Made by a program: the position numbers and the translations under genes
Notes under the pieces: model-generated
Database searches by the model: none
Told to the model about the DNA's origin: nothing
What the model saw: only the letters and a program-made list of their open reading frames with translations
In this document: positions 58,101 through 64,000 of the stretch, in pieces
How positions within the stretch are numbered: position 1 is the first letter of the stretch
Layout of the letters: every line of letters starts with the position of its first letter
Assembly (NCBI GenBank): GCA_965226795.1
Contig: CBDDDZ010000002.1
Coordinates: forward strand, 32,001 to 96,000
Direction of reading: 5' to 3'
DNA length: 64,000 nt
Source of the DNA: Candidatus Latescibacterota bacterium
GTDB lineage: Bacteria; Latescibacterota; UBA2968; GCA-2709665

Positions 58101-58920
58101 GTGGTCACACGCCTTTGAGATCTACAGGGGGACGTGGGACCGTTACGCCCGGAATTCCGCAGTGGAGTTCGTGACGGCGGCGGACCTGCGTGGAGACGGG
58201 CGGATGGATATCCTGGCGGCGGTCTCGGACCGGAAGCTCCACTGTTTTGCCGAGGATGGAAACGAGCGATGGAGTTTTATGATTTACGGGATATTCGCGC
58301 CGCTTCGTGTGGCGGATATCAACGGGGACGGGAAGCAGGAGGTGATCGGCGGTCCGGGTAGGATCACTTGCGGGGGGACCTGCTATGTGCTGGACGCCGA
58401 CGGCGGCCACTATGCGAGCAACGGGCTGGACGGGTGGGCGTCGATGATGCCTGCGTGCGACGTGTGGGAAAAGGAGGAGGATCACCTGATCGTGTGCGGG
58501 ACGAATCGGTCGAACGTCTATGCATTGAAGCTGGAATCGCATCGATTGGAGACGCTCTGGAAGCAACGGGTTGGGGAGGAAATCAACGCGGTTTGCGCCG
58601 TGGACGTGGATGGAGACAGCAGACCGGAGGTTGTGGTCGGGTCCGACTGTTTTTATGTCTATTTGCTGGATGAGTACGGTACGGAGCGGTGGCGGCGTAA
58701 CCTGGGGGCGCCCGTGCAACATTTGATGGTGAGCGACATGAACGGGGGTGCAAAGATCGTCGCGGGGTGTGAGGATGGTGCCGTGTGGGTCCTGGACGCG
58801 GAGGGCACGCCGATTGCCAGCCACCAGGCGGGTGGCGCGGTTCACGTCCTGGCTGCGGACGGCAGGGGCCACCTGGTCCTGGGCGGGTCGGACGGGACAC
58901 TGTCGGTGATGGGCGTGTGA
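55183..58920 (+). CDS. Large heparinase II/III-like protein with C-terminal PQQ/FG-GAP beta-propeller
   Basis: RQNHQT, PAFGDT, GNHSHEDGN, HHNGV, C-terminal ADINGDGKQE / DVDGDSRPE repeats. Confidence 0.75.
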   Translation: MKNGPMGLKVGVLKDMCLETALVVNGEPQAKIVIGHDAAHERLATRIVERVEAATGGRLEVVRAGETAAGMLLEGHVVALGNMADNAFIRWLYYQWWAVEDRCYPGRGGYALRTLHNPLGNGKNVVLVGASDGAGLERVVSRFLALVPGERTLSVGRLMEIRPGSEFDAFGCPPEGWLQERRDDFIARATAPHASESGAGFQLISEAGAYGLMYHRTGHDAYAAAVREIADAHLRMGEHGVMAHFHVWWLAVIWDLIEESPVFSDEDRLKITQYLLWIMDSTEGAYTQFFRQGVGHRMIRQNHQTLVALAAWFGGRYFSTHYGFEEAKEWMTASADVFKGQAVSFKPIEDANAYQWMTLDHMLTYSLASGDTTYIDNGNCKRSLDQAVFYCNNRGALPAFGDTGAPMEGYPTNFLVKAGHVLQDGRAAFLLGKRFDRPSDYFRPQPPGERYESVSDPLLVRSFEKYFCDGLAPEVPDGMAGVQVLEVAGGFYDFAEDPKAKEREVKPMNLQREEAFDTVCFREGFDREDQYLMLHGIFYGNHSHEDGNTIPEFSANDRIFLVDASYTEGPTLKHHNGVTAVRDGEAWDVPALCRLEGAADLGRVGMSRTSVAGDWGALWVRNVVWRRGRCFVVVDEVEATKGGAFALQCHWRTLGSPALKDGTLEVVQKDPDSGREDRFVLQSVGGGRLSLERDWENFGHWWDTYPYADDYVNILHESANREMAVGDRHRFINLFYASNAQKPVDDRMRRVGDSAVVVEGSDGRMVVGTGAGDGAFTVGSLSGRAGIFAAGDGWFALCNGTLLCAPGGIFESELPVSIEFDLESGEGVVVASEPAEITLCGERLRVTAGRQEVKTKEPGVGVLSLGGVADLRGWEASPPARAQAASVPGLRRVWTYDAGSGVRCAAAGADGVVLGTEDGRVAALDENGKPAWSFQAEGSVLSVCAVELDGRRCVIAGADDRRLYLLEEGGGVRWSHAFEIYRGTWDRYARNSAVEFVTAADLRGDGRMDILAAVSDRKLHCFAEDGNERWSFMIYGIFAPLRVADINGDGKQEVIGGPGRITCGGTCYVLDADGGHYASNGLDGWASMMPACDVWEKEEDHLIVCGTNRSNVYALKLESHRLETLWKQRVGEEINAVCAVDVDGDSRPEVVVGSDCFYVYLLDEYGTERWRRNLGAPVQHLMVSDMNGGAKIVAGCEDGAVWVLDAEGTPIASHQAGGAVHVLAADGRGHLVLGGSDGTLSVMGV

Positions 58921-58988
58921 GGATTTGGGAGCGGCAGTCGGTCATATTCGCGAGAGGTGCAAGGATGGGCGGGCACAGGATTGGCAAT

Positions 58989-61900
58989 GTGAAGCAGATG
59001 TCGCTGGAGATCCCGTTCGACGCGGGGTCGGTCGAGGTCGTGGTCGGCGGGGGAGCCGCCCAGCGGGCGGGGGCCCGACGCATCGCGGGGGCGCTGGAGC
59101 GTGTGTGCGGGTCCGAGGTGCCGGTGGTGGAGGACGCGGCCTACGCGGCCTGGGAAATCCGGCCTGCACGCCACGCGATTCTCGTGGGAAGCCTGGGGGA
59201 CAACCGGGGGATCGAGTTCCTCTACTACCGGTGGTTGACGTTTGTGGACGGGAGCTACCCGGGAAGTGGAGGGTACGCGCTGACCACGCTGTGGGACCCG
59301 TGGGGCGCGGGCCGGAATGCGCTGGTGGTGGGGGCCGCGGACGAGGCGGGGCTGGATGCGGCTGTCGCGCGCCTCGAGTCAATTATCGACGCAGCGGCGG
59401 ATGGCATCCCCGGGGTCTACGAAGTGGTGTACGGGTCGTCCCGGCCGAAGGAGGTGGCGGACGTGGCGGGCTGGTCGCGGGTGGGCCCTACGCCTGACGG
59501 GTGGGTGTACGACTTCACGGGATACGGGGGGCTGTCGCACGTTCCGTCGGCGGCGTGGGCATATGTGCGAAGCGGAGACACAAGAATCGCGGAGGGACTG
59601 AAGCAGGGGCTGATGGCATTGTTGGAAACACCCGTGCTGCATACGCCCGAAAGCCAGCTTCACCTGGGATTCTGGCCGGTGATGATGATGTGGCCGATCG
59701 TGGAGACGTGTCCGGTGTTTTCCGAGGAAGACCGGCTGAAAATCGTCAGGTTTTTCTACGATGTGCTGGTGTCGCCCGAAGGGGCCCGGAATGGCGGGTT
59801 GAACCACGCGGCCGCGTCGGAGCTGCCGCGTCAGAACCACCAGACGCTGTGCGCGCTGGGCGTGCTGTTCGGGTCGATTTATTTCGAGCGGCACTACGGT
59901 ATTCCCGATGTCCGGGAATGGCGGGCACTCGTGGACAGGTTGTTCCGCACCGGGGCCTATTGTTCCAAGCAGATCTGCGACAACAACGCGCACGGTTGGA
60001 ACCAGAGTATCGGCGATTTCGCGACCTATGCCCTGCTGACGGGCAATACGGCGTTTTTTGACAATGGGATGGCGCGCCTGGCGGCGGAACGCGCGGTGGG
60101 GAACTGTACGAGCAACGGGTTTGCCGCTACCATCGGAGACGGGGACGTCAGCGCGTATCCCAACTGGTTCCTGGCCCAGGTGTCTTTCTATCTTCGGGAC
60201 GCCGGGCTTCGCTTCGTCCTGGACAACATGGCCCCGGAGATTGAACCCTCCGGAGGCCTGATGCCGTGGCGGCAGCCCTACAGCGCGGGCGTGGGCGTGA
60301 AACCGCCGGGCGATCAGGTCGGAACCCGTGTGTTTCCGCTGGACCGGCTGTATTACGATATTCCCCGGCATTCTCCCGGAGCGGTTGCGCTGAGACCCCC
60401 GGGCGTGGCGTTTGAGAAGACGTTCGATATTCTGACAATGCGGAGCGGGTGGGAAAAGACGGCACAGTATCTGATCCTGGACGGCACGGGCGGAGGGTCG
60501 CATTCCTACGAGGACGCCAACGCGATTCTCACACTCACGCAGGACGACCGGTTTCTGCTGCTGTCGGCGGACCAGCTTTATTTTACTGCGCCCAAGTATC
60601 ACAATATGGTGACGGTGACGCGGAACGGGCTGGGGGAGGAACTTCCAAGCTACTGCCGGATGGACGGGAAGGCGGATCTGCGGACGTTCGGATTCTCCGC
60701 GACGACGCTACCGGACTATGTGGGTATGGACTGGACGCGGATGCTGCTCTGGAAGAAGGGAGATTTTTTCCTGGTAGTGGACCGCCTGGTCGCGCGGGAC
60801 CGGGCAACCTACAGCGGTAGTTGCCGGTGGTTCAGCCTGGGACGGCCGGAAGTGTCGCACGAGACCTGTGTTTTTCGCCAGTGCGAGTGGGAGGGGAGCC
60901 GGACCGATTTTGTGGTTCAGAATCTGTCCGGACAGGCCTGCCGCACGCGGGAGGCGTTCTACGGCCCCACGAGGTCGTGGAAGTCGGGCTACGACCCGGC
61001 GCTGGGAAGGAAGTTGAGGACGGACCGGACGCTGCTGACGGAGCTGTATCAGAGCCGGAGCGACGTGTTGGGGGCGGGCGATGCAATGCGTTTTGTTAAT
61101 CTGTTGTACGCACGGTCCGGGGATCGGGCTGGAGACCGGGTTGAGGCGCAGTGCAACGCGTCGGGATGGGTGCGGGTGAGGGCGCCGGAAGGAACATTTG
61201 CGATTTGCGCGGGCGAGGTGCGGGCCGATGGCCTGCGCGCGGTGTGTGACCTGCTGGCGGTCTGGCGGGAGGGGGTTTTTGCGGCGAACTGCACGGCGTT
61301 GAAAGTTGGCGGGCTATCGGTTCAGTTTTCCAGGCCGTGCGGTGTGGAGGTGGACGCGTCGGGCAGGCTTGCGGTGGACGCTGCAGAAGATCTGGCGGTT
61401 CTGTGGCGCGTTGAGGCCGGGGCGTCGGGGGAGCGCGAATTGAGCGGTAAGGCCGTTCACGAACTGAAGGTCGGGGCCGTTTCCATTCCCGATCCGGAGG
61501 ATCTGTTCGACGTGGCCGGCGGAAGGGAGGCGGTTGCCCCGTCGCGATCGGATTCAAAGACCCCGTCGCCCGCGTGGACCGCCCGGGGAAAAGGGCGAAT
61601 CAATGACCTGCATATTGCCGGCGGAGATGTTGTGCTGGCCGCGTGCGAGGAAGACGCGCTGGCGGCTTTCGGATTGGACGGGGCGCCTGCGTGGACCTAC
61701 GGAACCGGAAGTCCGGTCAATACGGTTCACAGCGGGGTGCTGCGCGCGGGAGACCCTGCCCGGATCGTGCTGGGTTGCGAGGACACGTTCGTCCGTGCGC
61801 TGGATGGGTCCACGCGTGAGGAGATCTGGCGGTATCACCCCGAATACGGCAACCAGTACTGGGACTACTGGTCCTGGTACAAATCGAGTATCAAACGCGT

Positions 61901-62636
61901 GTGGGTGGAAGACCTGGACGGTGACGGGAGCGGTGAGGTGGTGGTGACGCCCGGAAATATGCGGCTGCACCTGGTCGACGCGGAGGGGAATGAGCGGTGG
62001 GAGTACCGCACGGACCATGGGACGTTCCTGACCTTTGAGACGTACGATCTGGACGGAGATGGTCAAAAGGAGATTGTGGGAGGGTGCGACATCCTGTCGT
62101 CGGGCAGTGTCTGCCGCGTGATCGGTGTGGACGGACTGCAGAAGCATTCTTTTTCCAATGCGGGATGGACCTCGCAGGTGAAAGATGTGCTGATCGCGGA
62201 CCTGGACGGCGACGGCAAGGTGGAGGTGGCCTGCGCGGTCAACCGGCAGGAGAACCTGAGGGTGCATAGCTTTGCAGAGAAGGCGAGGCGGTGGGGCCAT
62301 TGCCTGGGCGAGGTGCCGGCGGGGCTGGCGCTCCTGGGCGGTTCCGGAGAAAAGGTCTTATTTGCAGCTACGGAAGGGCCGACGGCAATCGGCTTTGGCC
62401 CGGGGGGTGCGCCGATGTGGACGGTGGACGTAGCCCCTGGCACGGCGCGGGTCGTCCGCATGGGGAGTACAGCCGCGGTGGTGTGCGTGGACGGCCGCGT
62501 TCTGCGGGTGAGTGGAGACGGGGAGACGGCGTTATTAGGAGTGCTGCCTGCGGGTGTGACCGCCTCGGCGTATGTGGAGGGATGGCTGGTGCTGGGGTGT
62601 GAGGACGGCTCAATTGTGGCGTTTTCCACGTTGTGA
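58989..62636 (+). CDS. Paralogue of the preceding large heparinase II/III-like/propeller protein
   Basis: RQNHQT, GSHSYEDAN, YHNMV, DLDGDG repeats. GTG start chosen after AGGA. Confidence 0.75.
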   Translation: MKQMSLEIPFDAGSVEVVVGGGAAQRAGARRIAGALERVCGSEVPVVEDAAYAAWEIRPARHAILVGSLGDNRGIEFLYYRWLTFVDGSYPGSGGYALTTLWDPWGAGRNALVVGAADEAGLDAAVARLESIIDAAADGIPGVYEVVYGSSRPKEVADVAGWSRVGPTPDGWVYDFTGYGGLSHVPSAAWAYVRSGDTRIAEGLKQGLMALLETPVLHTPESQLHLGFWPVMMMWPIVETCPVFSEEDRLKIVRFFYDVLVSPEGARNGGLNHAAASELPRQNHQTLCALGVLFGSIYFERHYGIPDVREWRALVDRLFRTGAYCSKQICDNNAHGWNQSIGDFATYALLTGNTAFFDNGMARLAAERAVGNCTSNGFAATIGDGDVSAYPNWFLAQVSFYLRDAGLRFVLDNMAPEIEPSGGLMPWRQPYSAGVGVKPPGDQVGTRVFPLDRLYYDIPRHSPGAVALRPPGVAFEKTFDILTMRSGWEKTAQYLILDGTGGGSHSYEDANAILTLTQDDRFLLLSADQLYFTAPKYHNMVTVTRNGLGEELPSYCRMDGKADLRTFGFSATTLPDYVGMDWTRMLLWKKGDFFLVVDRLVARDRATYSGSCRWFSLGRPEVSHETCVFRQCEWEGSRTDFVVQNLSGQACRTREAFYGPTRSWKSGYDPALGRKLRTDRTLLTELYQSRSDVLGAGDAMRFVNLLYARSGDRAGDRVEAQCNASGWVRVRAPEGTFAICAGEVRADGLRAVCDLLAVWREGVFAANCTALKVGGLSVQFSRPCGVEVDASGRLAVDAAEDLAVLWRVEAGASGERELSGKAVHELKVGAVSIPDPEDLFDVAGGREAVAPSRSDSKTPSPAWTARGKGRINDLHIAGGDVVLAACEEDALAAFGLDGAPAWTYGTGSPVNTVHSGVLRAGDPARIVLGCEDTFVRALDGSTREEIWRYHPEYGNQYWDYWSWYKSSIKRVWVEDLDGDGSGEVVVTPGNMRLHLVDAEGNERWEYRTDHGTFLTFETYDLDGDGQKEIVGGCDILSSGSVCRVIGVDGLQKHSFSNAGWTSQVKDVLIADLDGDGKVEVACAVNRQENLRVHSFAEKARRWGHCLGEVPAGLALLGGSGEKVLFAATEGPTAIGFGPGGAPMWTVDVAPGTARVVRMGSTAAVVCVDGRVLRVSGDGETALLGVLPAGVTASAYVEGWLVLGCEDGSIVAFSTL

Positions 62637-62708
62637 TAGCGTTCGGTGGCAGGACGAAGGCGACGTGTCGGCTCTGGATTTTCGGGGAGTGATTGGGGAG
62701 CCGGATAT

Positions 62709-64000
62709 ATGCTGCGTTATTTCCTTTTGGTCCTTTTCTTTGCATTTTTGATGGAAAGCCCAGCGTTTGCCCTGCCGGACGATCCGTCGACGAGCGATCT
62801 GATCCAGGAAGACGTACTCTTTTCAGCTGAGGGTGAAGCGCTCAGACAGCTTGCTTCAGGGGGGTTCGACCTGGTCCGGCGGGACGTGGGATCGGTCGTT
62901 CGCACGCTCGGGGCGGATTTCGCGTTGACGCTCAACCCGGATCTGATGCCGGGGATCTACCGCCTGAGCGTTCTCTGCTCGGCCCCGACGACGTCAACCG
63001 ATTCGTTCTGGCTGGAGGTGAACGGAGAGCGGCAGCCGCAGCCGATCGTGTTGCCCAAGGGCGCGTACGGGGAGGTGTACCGCGGGTTTCGGCTGGATGT
63101 GTCGGGAAAAACGAACATACGCCTTGTGCTGCGGGAACGGCCCGGTGTCAGCGTGGCTCGCCTGAAGCTGACGCATCTGAAGGCACAGGTCGATGCGGCG
63201 TCGGTTATCCGGCCCGACCTGGCGGAAGAGCGCCCGCGTCTGTTTCTGACCCGGTGGGACGCCGAGCGTTTGCGCAACGCACAACGCAGCGCGGCCGGAC
63301 AGCGGCTCTACCGTCTCCAGGGGATGTTGCGAGGCACGCCGCCTCCCAACTCGGGTCCGCCAAAGCGCGCGGGGTGGGCGTGGCGAATCGAGAACCAGGC
63401 GATCCCGTGCCTGCTGGGAAATTCCCCTGATGCGACCGAGCGTTTCGAGGCAATCCGGCGACACGTTCTCACGATCTGTACATACGATAAATGGCTCCCG
63501 GACGGCTGGTCGCACAGCACGCCGGATCTGGACCTGGACGCGGCCTATATGATCCACGGGACCGCGGTCGCCTACGACTGGCTCTACCACTGGTTCACGG
63601 AGGAGGAGCGGCGGATCATCCGGGAGAAGCTGGCGTACCAGGCCCGACTCATGTTCGAGGCGTCCTTTATGGAGCGGATGTACTGGGCGCGCACGGTGCA
63701 GCAGAACCATTACTGGTTCGACAATTACGCCATCGGCGTGGCCGGCGCCGCACTTTACGGCGAGGTCCCCGAGGCAGAGATGTGGATGGCCTGGAGCTGG
63801 GACCGCCTGCAGGGGACGCTGAAGACCTTTGCGGAGGACGGGGGGTTCCACGAGGGACCTGCCTACTGGAACTTCTCCATGGGGTCGCTGTTGCGATGGA
63901 TCGACCTGTATGAGCATACAACGGGGCAGACCATCGCCCATGCGGACGCGTGGCTGAGGAAGACAGGCTATTTTCCGATCCATTACGTCTATCCCGATCT
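62709..64000 (+). CDS. Secreted DUF4962/heparinase II/III-like protein, truncated by window end
   Basis: Manual translation MLRYFLLVLFFAFLMESPAFALP..ERPRLFL..AVAYDWLY..QQNHYW..EDGGFHEGPAYW; open to the window end, so absent from the ORF track. Confidence 0.82.
   Translation, partial: MLRYFLLVLFFAFLMESPAFALPDDPSTSDLIQEDVLFSAEGEALRQLASGGFDLVRRDVGSVVRTLGADFALTLNPDLMPGIYRLSVLCSAPTTSTDSFWLEVNGERQPQPIVLPKGAYGEVYRGFRLDVSGKTNIRLVLRERPGVSVARLKLTHLKAQVDAASVIRPDLAEERPRLFLTRWDAERLRNAQRSAAGQRLYRLQGMLRGTPPPNSGPPKRAGWAWRIENQAIPCLLGNSPDATERFEAIRRHVLTICTYDKWLPDGWSHSTPDLDLDAAYMIHGTAVAYDWLYHWFTEEERRIIREKLAYQARLMFEASFMERMYWARTVQQNHYWFDNYAIGVAGAALYGEVPEAEMWMAWSWDRLQGTLKTFAEDGGFHEGPAYWNFSMGSLLRWIDLYEHTTGQTIAHADAWLRKTGYFPIHYVYPD

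Noticed and set aside
6700..63983. Long antisense or alternate-frame ORFs (e.g. 25775-27520 +, 41865-43361 -, 49315-50841 -, 62994-63983 -)
   Set aside because: Shadow ORFs of well-supported genes in GC-rich DNA, with no motifs of their own.

Overview
GC-rich bacterial DNA. The gene content (TonB-dependent receptor, T9SS-type C-terminal-domain protein, PorV/PorQ, GWxTD, CRTAC1/ASPIC-UnbV, several heparinase II/III-like lyases) resembles Latescibacterota or a related FCB-group lineage; this is inference, no search was run. There are four zones. (1) 1-6.7 kb: a more AT-rich accessory patch on the minus strand with toxin-antitoxin genes and remnants, a HEPN-motif protein, pseudogenes, a nested palindromic element and a duplicated 106-nt element ending in a terminator. 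(2) 6.7-11.6 kb: a two-gene operon in which a response-regulator receiver domain is fused to a complete glutamate dehydrogenase, followed by a PAS/HisKA/HATPase/REC/REC/HPt hybrid kinase. This is the most striking candidate system. (3) 11.9-33.7 kb: a long minus-strand run of catabolic or modifying enzymes, including two AAC(3)-family proteins (one fused to a TIM-barrel domain). It contains one frameshift and a scrambled ~1 kb segment that looks like an assembly artefact. (4) 34.3-64 kb: a plus-strand locus resembling a polysaccharide-utilisation locus but with no SusD: OM barrel, TBDR, CTD protein, PorV, two FGE-fold lipoproteins, TPR, two CRTAC1, GWxTD, and four heparinase II/III-like proteins, the last running off the window. 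I recognised no rRNA, tRNA, CRISPR array or transposase.
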